From Laetmonice hystrix (Eukaryota): DNA of 64,000 nucleotides. Below, piece by piece: positions 36,687 to 48,600 of this stretch. The translations under genes were made by a program, and so were the position numbers. Numbering within the stretch: the first letter of the stretch is position 1; each line of letters starts with the position of its first letter. The DNA is taken from the NCBI GenBank assembly GCA_965235115.1, contig OZ249446.1:7130001-7194000 (forward strand), written 5' to 3'. Under the pieces are notes generated by a model. That model saw only the letters and a list, made by a program, of their open reading frames with translations, ran no database searches and had not been told where the DNA came from.

Positions 36687-39600
36687 TCAGTAGTATTCTC
36701 CATCACCTCGAGCAAGTTCAATCTCTTGTCTTCTCCGCTGACTTCTGCGCACCCCATCCGCTCGTCGATATGGTTCGTTCTTCAGATCTACAAAAACAAA
36801 GATTTTTTAGTTTCACATTTATGCCCTGCTCTCTACAATCTGTCTTCAATGAGTTTTCATGAATGATACATTAGTGACACTTGGACATGAGCTCGCCGTC
36901 TGACCTAGACCATGCCAATCCCATACGATCCTCTGAATCTACGCCCGCCAGGTTGACTGAGAGAGGCTACGACAACTTACCCAGCAGTATGTCCTCCAAT
37001 GCGCCGTGGTAGACCTCATCTCTGTTGAGGACCTTCTTTTCTTTGATCTGTCGCTGTTTGCGCTTCAACTCCGAAACGACGGCCTCCTGCAGAATGATTG
37101 GATGAGAAAGTCAACATTTGGACAAATGGTTCCACAGCATCATCTTTACAGCATGGTTCTCTTACCAGTTCTGTCCGTAAATAAAACGAAAATAATCACA
37201 AACCCTAACACACTAGCAACTTAAAATACAAATACAGTATTTTCAATTTCTCAGTCTGACTTGTGTATACTAGAGCTATATTTCGCAAATGCTAATGTGT
37301 ACCCGACAATCAACATTGGACATTGACATGTACTACTGACATACAAAAATGTGACAAAGTTCTGAAAAAGCAGAATAAAAGGCAGGCATGTGCACAGAGA
37401 AATACATGCCTAAGTATGAATGAAAGAACGAAGAATGAAACTATGTTAAAGAGAGTAAGAACAAAAATGGCTGAATCCAGGTGAAAATTAACTGCCAAAT
37501 CAATGTTACATTTAATTTCTCAATAAAATACCATCTGATGGACTAAACAGCATTCAGGAGTCAAAAATGGCTTTAAAAAAATAAGGGAGCAAAATTGCCT
37601 GGAGTACATACAATCCCACAGAAAAAAACTTTCTGGGGCAATTCCAGCATTCGATCTCAAAGCGAACTTAAATCCTAAAGTCAAAAAAGATTACGTTCCA
37701 TTCTTTAAAACCAGACAACCTCCGTGGGCATGGCAACCATGACCGTTTCTCTAATCTATGACAGCCTTAATCCGTCAAACAAAGATATCGGAAACTTTCA
37801 GTTAGAAACCTGGTATCGTAGTGAGACAGATCTACAACTACTTTAAACCGACAGTACAACAGTACATGTAGTTAGAGAGTAAATGCCAACTGTAAAAATC
37901 GTTAAAGTAACACACAATAAGGATTTTTCTTACTGCACTTTGTTAGTGAATGATGTTTTGCCTTCATTATGAAATCAATCAATGAACAACCAATCAAGTG
38001 ACTAACAATCAACTGTAACTAATCGGAACGCTTGATAATCTACCTCTTTCTGTTCTGTTTAAACTCAAGAGGTGATATCTTTCTAGAGCATGCTCCATGC
38101 ACAAACTTCTACGAATGTGTCCTTGGACACCATCTGGTTCCTCCAGCACTACGTAGCATTAATTCTGTATGTGTCTCAAATATCAATCGATAAAACTGAG
38201 CGAAGGTACGTGCACTGCTTGTGTGAATACAAACAGCACAGTGGCATGCCGGATGTCTGGAATGACGTCACTAGTCCACTCTCAATACGTGGACTGGTGT
38301 TGTCCTGTTTGATCAGTTGTTTGGCTTGCTAACAGAAATGGTAACTGTCGCCATCATCGATTTCTCACTTCGTCCCCGCCTCAAATGGCGTAAACCTTTG
38401 TTTAGGTTTTTATTGATAAGACAGTATTTATATAGCCATCAATGACTGATGGAGTCTATATTGTGTTTCCGGCCTCCACTGGCAATCCGTCGCTTGAGTG
38501 GACTAAGGATCGAATTTGAGTAAAACGAGAAAAGGCTTCTTGAGCTTTTAGAGAATGAGGGGTCAAAGAACTCGGAACAACATCGTCAGTTTCATTCCAA
38601 ATGATTGAAAGAACTCACAAACACAAGACTCTATAACAATCACCACAGATCTGAGTGGCAAATCATCATAACCCGCTGCTCTACGGTCACCAACGGGAAC
38701 AAAATCTATATATCCCGTTCTTCTACCAATGCTTCAAGGACAATACGTGTAAGCTCATCTAGAGGCGGCGGTGCATTATTAACGATATAACATCGCAGAA
38801 GCTGCGCCGTTAGCGTGGGCCTTTGGTAATGTATATATAAAGTGGTCTTCCCCCGGCCTGGCGCCTGGCCGGGCCGAGGCTCGATCCTTACGGAGTAACG
38901 GTGAGTCAGCCACGGTGCGCGGCATGTTGACCAAGGGCAAACTAAAGATGACGTTCTGTAAGCGGGCCACAGAAACACACAACAGAAGGAGGTGAGGGCA
39001 GCTCCAACAACTCCTCCTTCTGGAGGGTTTCAGTCTCATTAACAACTCCACACAACCGAGTCAACGGAGGAAACCAAATAAATCAATATAACCCCAGACG
39101 CCATACTGAAAGCATGCATGCGAACCTTGTACCTGCGACAATGAAAGTGAAGGGCAAACCCCCCCCCCCCCCAAAAAAAAAAAAAGAGAAAAAAGTAGAG
39201 GAGGTCAAGAGCATGGAAACAACAGCAGGAATAACATAAGTTGAAAGAAAAGTAAAGAAATTTGTTATTTCAGACTGGGGTGGGAAATTCAGGAAACTGA
39301 GGAAAAACGGCGGATAGTTAGGAGAATGGAAAGGCACAAAGAATAACATGTAACACATAAACGCAACAAATGTAAACATTTTCATTAAAACATGTTAGGG
39401 ACAGTGGTATCTCAATGTCTGTGTAAAACATTAACTACTTATATCAATACTTGATAAGCTTAACAACACACTTATGGTTATAACCTTGTTCCTAACATAT
39501 GTACAAGTGAACGTCATGCAATCTTTAACGGCCTGTGTGACCCCGGTTCAGCCAACTTCCGGTATAAGCAGATTTGGTTGGTGTTGTCATAACAGCAATG

Positions 39601-42600
39601 CCTGCCCGAAGCACACATGGTAGGCCGCCAGCCATTGGCCGGTGCCAGAACTAATGCCGACATGCTCAACCGGACCCTTGACACGTGACCCCTCCCACGA
39701 CCGATGGTTGACCTTCTCACGACAATAGAAATCAGCTAGTTGTGGTCTTATACTGACTACACCAGGCATATATTAGAAGGGCCACTACCAAACTCTCCCA
39801 TTTACCTGTCTTATAGCTATGTTAGACTGTAAATCTTAACCTATTCTTGGAATTCACACTTCTAGCCTTGATAACAACCACGAAGTATTTCCCTTCTGTC
39901 TTGAAGGTTCTAGAACCACTAAATATCTCTTATATCTAAATTAGGATGCTTTGTTCACCACTTAAGTCTGGATGTCTCAAGTTTGTCCCACTACTAATAA
40001 CCATCCTCAATGATTCAACTTTGCAGAATTTTGATTTTTTTAAAATTTAATACATGAACTGGAAATATTTCTTTCACTTGACTAAAATGAAAAGTTTATT
40101 ATCAGAAAAAGAAAGGACGACTTTGTTGAGAAAAACGATTTTCGTAATTTTGAGGTGCAGAAACTGCGAGTGCCAAACTGTGTCAACAGAAATAGGGTGT
40201 GTGTTTAGTGAGATAGATTTACGATGGAAAATTGACAGGAATGGCCTCTTGCCAGAACTTAAAGCTTCATAACATTATGGCCAGCTTGCTACGGATTTAT
40301 ATCAGCAGAAAATTGTATACCCTGCTCTTTGGTGCTGAGCCTTTCCCCTACAAAAACAAAGGGAGGGAAGAAAAGAAGAAAATGCAATCATAAAAACACG
40401 TCAATGTTGTCATTTAAAAAATCAACAAAAACTAAAACTACAAAAGTCGACGTGAACGGGCTTGCAAGGTCAACCCAGCATCTCTCCACCCAAACTCACG
40501 CTCATTCTGTCTCCTGTCATGTGTCATCAATGACAGAATCATTTTTAAGACCAGGCTTTTTGTTATATCAGCCATTGCAAACACTCTGTTGGTCAGTCAC
40601 CGTGCGACTTGTAATGGGAAAGGGGGTCCTGAAATTTTCCAAATACACACACGCACACTCGTGGCAGCTCCCTCACCTTTTTCTCAAACAGAAATACACT
40701 CAAATGGAATTACTTTCACAACTTCCAAACACTGTCAATTTCTGTTATTTCTTGATTCTGAAATTGTACGATTTCTTTCCAACCATTATGTTTGATTCTG
40801 AACGGTAAAAGGTCCACCAATCACCGGCACAGCCCGTGTGAACTAAAGAAGCACTGCACTGCCACCTACCGGTCGAACCATGCACTAGGCATTCACACCA
40901 GACATGCGGATTACATGTCAATTGCATATCACCATGAAAGAAGCGAGTAAAGGTCTGTACAACAGGTGAAGACTTGTTAATACATCATGCAGGTTATGTT
41001 AGTACAACCTTTTCTAAAAATATTTTTCATTTACTTTATGTTTCAGATTAACACACTACACATGTATTCGTGACTACCAAAACGACAGACACTTTTTTGT
41101 TATAAATATTCTTTCTTAACTTGTCCTGGTTTCTTTGCCTCGGAACCTGTTATTTACTTGTTACAACTTTCTCCAAGACTATTTCTGATAGAATCCAATT
41201 ACGGACCATAATCTTAAGAGCACAACGTCTTAATTCTACACTCGCCGCAGACCCAGAATCGTCGACTATCTCAGGCAGTAGAGGATGCCCGTCAGTTGAT
41301 CAGAACTGTTAGGCCTACAATTCATATTGTAATCTCTTGTTATATCTCTAAGATATGTTTTTTCTTTATGTTTTTACAAGGCTAGAGGCCATTGTTATAT
41401 CAAAGTCAAATCCAGTTGTTTCGAGAAATACGAAAGGTTTTCAATAGTTTCACATCCCCTGCTGGTTCTCCTGTGATAGTACCTTACATTAATTAACCAA
41501 AGACGAACAGGTGCTCGCTCAGTAAGCCAGGAGTGTCTTAACATTTCTAGCGTCCAACCTGTGGGGCAGTCCTCCCCGACCATAAAGGAGGGCAGAGGTG
41601 GCAGCACGAAAGTTGGCCTCAGCTGGCTGCATCTACCCTCCTTACTCTGGGCCCTACGCCCACCACCCTTCGCTTTTTGGACCCTTTGTATCTCAGGTGC
41701 AAAGGGCGCGACATACTTTAAAATCAAGACGGAAAAAGAAAGAAAAAAATTGTGAAGAAAAAAAGGTCTTCAAGTTTCAAACAGTCACAATTTACAATAA
41801 TGCAAACAAAATGGTGACCAAAAACATTTTCAAATTTCATACGGAAATCAATTCCTGTGTGCCCAAAATAGGGAGGATGTAAATCTGAAAAATCTTAACA
41901 CCCTTAGCTGTAACTCAAACTTCAAAGCCTACCCTACCCATAGATGGATTGGAACTGACTTGTCACTAGGTGGCACTAAAGGTCAATAGTTCAGCAATGG
42001 TCTGTCCGAATATTGCCAACGGGTAGGGAAATATATCTATCCTTTCTACCTTTAGCTCTTCAAAACGAAGCGGTTTTTGCACATGTTAGAATATGGCTCA
42101 GAGCAAAACACTCAAAAACCGAGTTCAGTTAGTATGGTCCAGGGGGCTCCATTCATGTCTAACTCCAACGCAGTGATCTCTGATGTTGACCAGGGAATTT
42201 CTTCCTGTTTCTATCATTCTGAAAAGCCTCAGTTGTAATCAACAAAATAATTATTTTCATATTTACTCCCATGTAACTCAATGTTTTTGAAGGAGTTTGG
42301 GTAACAAAATTATGTGTAGGATTATATTAAGTAGACATTACCGAGACAGGATTTTTAGGTCTCACACTTGAGTTCTAAAAGTACACTGATCTACTTCTCA
42401 CAATCCATATAAACTTCTAAAATCGACAAGGAAATCTCTCCTTCTCAGATTTAACCATCTCGGTTATCTTTTTCAAAATGCGTAACATTTTAATTATTAC
42501 GCTTTTTGATCTATCTCACGTATCTGATCGGGAACAATCTTACACAAGGCGGCGCTGAGATGGTTCAGTCTCCATCAGAGACGACAGAGGGCGCTGTCAA

Positions 42601-45600
42601 ATTAGTCTGACTTATCTCAACTAAAGCTCTTGTAAAATGGCGCCTTCTCGCCCCCGCCTGTATCATGGGAGGGCCTTCCCATTAATAACCGGAATCAAAT
42701 AATTGCAATGTGAGATAATTTTGAAACATCTCAAAACATCTAAAGTGAGAAATAGAAAGACACATTGCAGGAGGCGGGTTGTAATTGTGCGTTATGGCAA
42801 TTCAGAGATAGAACATGTGGAATTCCTCAGAACATCTCAGATCTGCCCATCTGGATACCTCTGCCCTCCCATAGGGTCAAGGGTCAAGGGTTCAGGTCAA
42901 CGGCCCAAGGTCAAGGTCTCACAAGGTCAAATGGCCCAGCATCCAGAGTACACATTTAATTATTTATACCGAAGGAATTCACAGATTTGAACCAAGAAGC
43001 ATCATACCGCCATGACCTTGGGTAATGACCTTTACGATCGCCTTGACCTTTGACCTACGTGGTCAGTTTGTTAGTATCAATTTCATGTTGTGCTCTCACA
43101 TCAAACACAACCAATTCATCAAAGGTCATCAATCTCCCCAACCTGGGCAAAAGCAAACTGCTTGTAAAATGAAATGGCAAATAAAGAGCAAGTGCACCAG
43201 ACCTGCTGGTTGTTTGAGCCGGAGCTCTACAGGAAAAGAAAACACAATAGTATTTCTGGTCAGCGTCTTGTTACCATGGTTATAGATAATGTCACGTGTT
43301 GCAGCATCATGTCTTTTTTTTAAAGTTCCCCTCTCCCAATTTAATTGTTAAAAAGACTTATTCTTGTGCAACATTTTTTTTTAAATTTAAAATCTACCAC
43401 TTCATTTACTCTCGTACCCAATAACTAATTCATGATTTAAAACTAAACACTATGTCATTTTAACCTAACATGCAGTTGTGCCTTGCGTACATTCTGTTTA
43501 ATCACAACTGCACATAAAGCATTAAAAGGAAAGCACTGTAGTAACTGTGTATCTGGGTTAACATCTCACCACACTCAAATTACAAACGTCACTGAGCTAT
43601 CCTTTAAGAAACATTCAATAGCTGGATGAAAACTTATTAATATTCTCCATTAGACTTTTTTTTGGACAAGAACCAACTTTATAGAAATATAGAATAATCC
43701 ATCATTATAACAAGTACATTCCTACCATATTTGTTGGGACGAAATGCCTACATAATGAGCTTCCTTTTCATTTCCCCCCATCCCATCAATCTAAGCCTAG
43801 ATATTATTTAGTTAATCTTTCCATTTAGTAGTTTTTAACAATTTCACGGCTAACAATACAATATCAGATAAGTTGTACTTTTTACTGTTTTGGTGAAGAC
43901 AGATTTCGTTTCATTAATTTTCGTGCACCTTTCCATGTTACCCAGTCTGAAAGGTTGCTCACTCATCAATCCAAAATGTTTGCTGTGAGCATGCTAAACA
44001 CATCAAAATTACATCCAAAAAAATCTACCTATCTACACAATCCCTTTATGATGCTGCTACACTAAGTTGTACTGTCTACATGTAAAACTCTCGCCCCAGT
44101 ACAGAGATTCGACCTGGACAAGGCTACAGTTAGACTGGCTGACCATGCTGCTCACCTGTGACCGGTGGTTATTCTTCTTGCGACCACTGCTGCCTCGCAA
44201 CGACTCGTTGTTCAGTGCCGCCGCTTCCAGTTTAGCACGAGTTTCAAGGTCCTGTTCCACTTGCTGAAACCGAAACAGTAATACGCCTGGGTTATTCCAA
44301 TCTCTTCCATTATTACAACGATATGTAACCAATAGCTTTATAGATTTATAGACCTGAAATTATCCAGTGTTTTTTTCTTTAGTTTCTACCATACACATGG
44401 CAGTATTATATTGACTAATTAACAGATCTGGTACTACAATGTTTCTCCTGTGGGAGACCTGTTCAAAATTTCACATGAAGACTACCACACTGACAACAGT
44501 AATTACACAACACATGCCCCACAGAATGACCGACGTTTTCCCTTCTTCACATTTCCTTTGATTCTGAACTGTTTGTGTCTGAAACCTTCATCGAGGGTCA
44601 TGTTTTACGCCTGAGCAACATATGCACCGTTGTTCAGTAGACTTATTAGTTCACTGGTTCAGTGATTAGTTACCTGAAGGGTCGACATACTGATGTAATG
44701 ACACTACTATGTTCACCGAAAACTAACAAACTGGACGCACACAAAATTCATTGTACTACTAGGGTTTACTAATGTCATTCCCTCTGGATTGTTTCTATGA
44801 CAACGGTAATTGGTAATTGAATAGATCGGCTTCTATTTTCAAAATACTGTAAAACAGGAATTTTCATTTCACTCCGAAAAAGCACTGAAATGATAATAGG
44901 ATATGTATGAAAACAAATTAGTAGTTTATAAACACAGGATTTCTTTGCAAATCGTTCTGTTGTACATGGAAATGAATTTCAACTGTTGGAGGCAAAATAA
45001 GGTCAGAAGGACAGCATGCTTGGCCTCTTCCCATTTTACAGTATGGTTCGACCTTGAACCTCGTACCTGCATTTCTTCCTTTACATCCTGATTGAAGCGT
45101 GCAATAAATTCGTAAAATCAACAACTTATAACATAACCACTACAAATGACCTCGAGCCAAAAACCCTGCAGGTGCTAGAAAAACATGCTACCTGCCCTGG
45201 CTCAGGTTTTGAACTTCGAAATTTGTCTAAAGACTCAGGGGACCCAGGTTAATTGTTTGGACATTAATTTTTTGGGTTGAAGCAGTCCTTTTGGCATTGC
45301 CTAAACATCGTGAGGTTCATAGTCAGGCAAAGAAATCCTGCTGAAAAAGCCACACTATAAATCACCAAAAGTATTTATGGCAAAAAGGATTATACAAAAT
45401 GAAATAAGGTTTCACAGTTGATAATAAACCACATCAAGTAATTGAAGTGTATTGTCAAAATTCTTCTTCACTTAGACCTTTTTCTATCACACGTTTTTAC
45501 GAAACCATAAGAAAAATGTCCCACGCCCTGCAGATCTCACCTTGTATGCCTTACAGAAGCGCACAAACAGGGAGAAAAATGTACTGGGAGGAAGGATGCG

Positions 45601-48600
45601 CCTGTTTTCTCCAAAATATTCTACTGCCGATGCATAAGCCTCTTCTGCTGTCTTTAAATCTGTGCGTAGTTTTTTCAGTTTGTCCTCGGAGTTGGCGAGG
45701 AAGTCCTTGAGAATAACTGGGGGATCGCGATCTCGGCGGGCCTCATACTCCCGCTTTGTCAACTCCATGCCCTTTTCCAGCTCATTGATGTCGGCAGTCA
45801 TGTTCTCCAGAGAGACTGAAACAGATCATTCATCAAACTACTTCTCCTGTAACTCTCAAAAATCACACCAAATCTCAAATTACTCTTCTTGTGAGACTGA
45901 AGCATGCCACTAAACCTGAGAAAAACACTCCATCACTGCCACTCTATCCTTGGGAACTGTATGTAATTCTACTCACCCACGGCTGCTTTTTCAATGAAGC
46001 GCAGCTCACTTTCAAAGTTGGCGATCTCTGGGAACTTTTCCTTCACTGTTTGCACAATGAAGTGTAACAGTGTCATCTTCTTATCTGTAGACTTGGTGTC
46101 CAACAGCTTCGAAAATTGGCAGAGAAAATCAAATTAAACCACATAGTAAAAACACGTTAATGGGTGTTTTTCCTCATTTTGGTGGGAGGGGAGGACTGCA
46201 GATATTTTCTTATATGATTCTTTTCCCCCTAGTGGGGAACCTTAGAACCGACAGTCGGATATTTAGTCACTCACAGAACAAGGAATGGATAACGTGGCTA
46301 GAGAAGTGAGGATAAAAAGGGCTACTGGATACATACCATATCCAGACTCTGAAGCTTGAAGCCATACACAGCTCCTCGCTTGGCACTGTTCATGTAGTTA
46401 CCGAATGCCAAGATTATCTGAAATCACAATGAGATATGTTATACAAACCAAATACCAAAATAACAATTAAGGCAAAAACTTATCAAAGCTTTAGTAGAAC
46501 CTGAATGAAAGATAAAACAGGTTTCAAAATGTCCAACGTCAATCACTATTTCCATGTCTACTGAAATATAGGCTAGGCCAGAAGTAAACGATGTTTGCAA
46601 GACGTTTCTGCAACACTCCACTGACAGTAAGGGGCAGCATACCTCAAGCATCTTCTTCACCTTCTGAGAGTTCTTTATCGACATGGAGGCTGCAATGACT
46701 GCATTCAGTTGCTGTGAAGAAGTACATAAACATACAACATGACGACACTTCTTACTGCATGAGAAAATGGTTCTTTTCTTCTTGTTGAGATACTCTTTGG
46801 AATCCAATAGAGCTACAGGACCTTTACTCTGATACTAATAATCAGTTACAAATATCAAATACAAAACTTCAAATCATGCAGATACTGGTCAGCTTTGACA
46901 CACTTCTGCCTCCTTCCACTTACTGGTTGTAATTGGTGGAATGTGTCAAAGAAGTTTCCAATAAAACTCATGATCTGCAACTTCTGTGTTAACCGCTCAA
47001 TCCTCATCAACTGGAAATATAACACAATACTTGTCATAGCCGCATGCTCTCTCTCTGCAGAAATTGACTTTAGGTATTTCTGACTTAGCATTGGATGATT
47101 CACTGTACAAAAAAAAATACCTTGTCAGGCTCAAAATCTCGTTCTGTATTGCTGACACTGAGACTTTGACAGAGGCCTAATATTGTATAAATTATCAATT
47201 TCACAGGCTTTCTCGAACTATTTTCGAATTTTAAAGCAACATGCAGTGTGTGGCTCAGTATCAATATCTCTGCTTGGGAAAACGGATGCATTCTCCTGCC
47301 CTCTCCCACACATCACCTGACATGCTGAAACTTACGCTAATCAAGAACCGGTCTTCCTCTGCTAGGAGTGCGGGGTTCTTCTTCTCTCTGAGATACTTCG
47401 TGAACACCTTGATCTACAAACAGACGTATCAATTAAATCAGACTGATTACCATACACTGAAATCATGGAGAAACCTCCCAGTCCTCTTCATAAATCTATT
47501 TACAAAGCATGCTTCTAGTCAGTAATGAACTCCAAACGCTGAAGTGTGTCCTTACCTCCTCGTCATTGGGAACGACTCTCATTAAGATTTCTACCCGTTC
47601 TAATGATAACGAGTTCAGATCCAAGCTGGTAAGGAAAGGAAATAAAGCAGAAAATAAATCAATGTCGCCTGCATATGGTCAACATATTCAACATTTTGGT
47701 ATGAATTCATTTTGTAAACAGTACATTCACAGGTAGTGCATATCCAAAGAGATTCTTTAAACAACTTTTTAAATTGATCATTAAGTTTAAGGGAAAGAAG
47801 TCAGAATTCCTTAAAATAGCTGCACAATATACTGCAGACTGAAGACAAGAATAATAGTTGTTGGAACCGCTTAACAGAGAGTGTGAGGTGGGATGTCATT
47901 TTGTTTAGTGGGAGCAAAGAATGTAGGAATGTAGGAAACACTGACATGAGTTTGACTGTTTTGGTATCTTACCTATTAATGGCTTTCACGACCTCGTCAT
48001 CACTTAGCTCTATCTTTCTCCGTGTGATAGCTACAACAGAAGATTGAACCATTCCGATTGTTTTACATCCCTCTTCGTTTCACTCTAACAACCTTTTAAT
48101 ATCATGGCTATATTTTATAGGTTAAGACACGAGTGTGGAGGATTTCTTTCAAGAATCTTATTTCCAAGTGGGACACCAGAACTTACCACAATTACGCAGT
48201 CTGTTAGGGTCGAGTAGACTGATGTACTCAATGCGCTTTGACTTGCGCTGTGCGCTGGGGGTGTGGCCATCTTGACTATCTTTGCCCACGCCTCCAGTCA
48301 AACTGCCCAGGTGAAAGAGTTCCTCAAACTTGTAAAAGTCTATCACCTACGAAACACACACAAAAAACTTTCATGGTTAACAAAACGATAACTTGGTGTC
48401 AGCCGACATTAACTCCAAAAATTCTTGTAAACATTTGAACTTGTATTGAAGATTGTAGCAAATATTGGAAGAGCAGGAAGGAACACATATTTTCGAACTG
48501 ATTTCGTGCGGAATTCCTACTCTTCGATTCCAAATCATTTTCTAGGATACAGACTGACAAACTTACATCATAGAGTTTCTCATCATCAAGCTCTGAGAAG

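Noticed and set aside
40329-40808. 159-aa plus-strand ORF
   Set aside because: Low-complexity A/C-rich intronic sequence with a non-ATG start and no homology cues.
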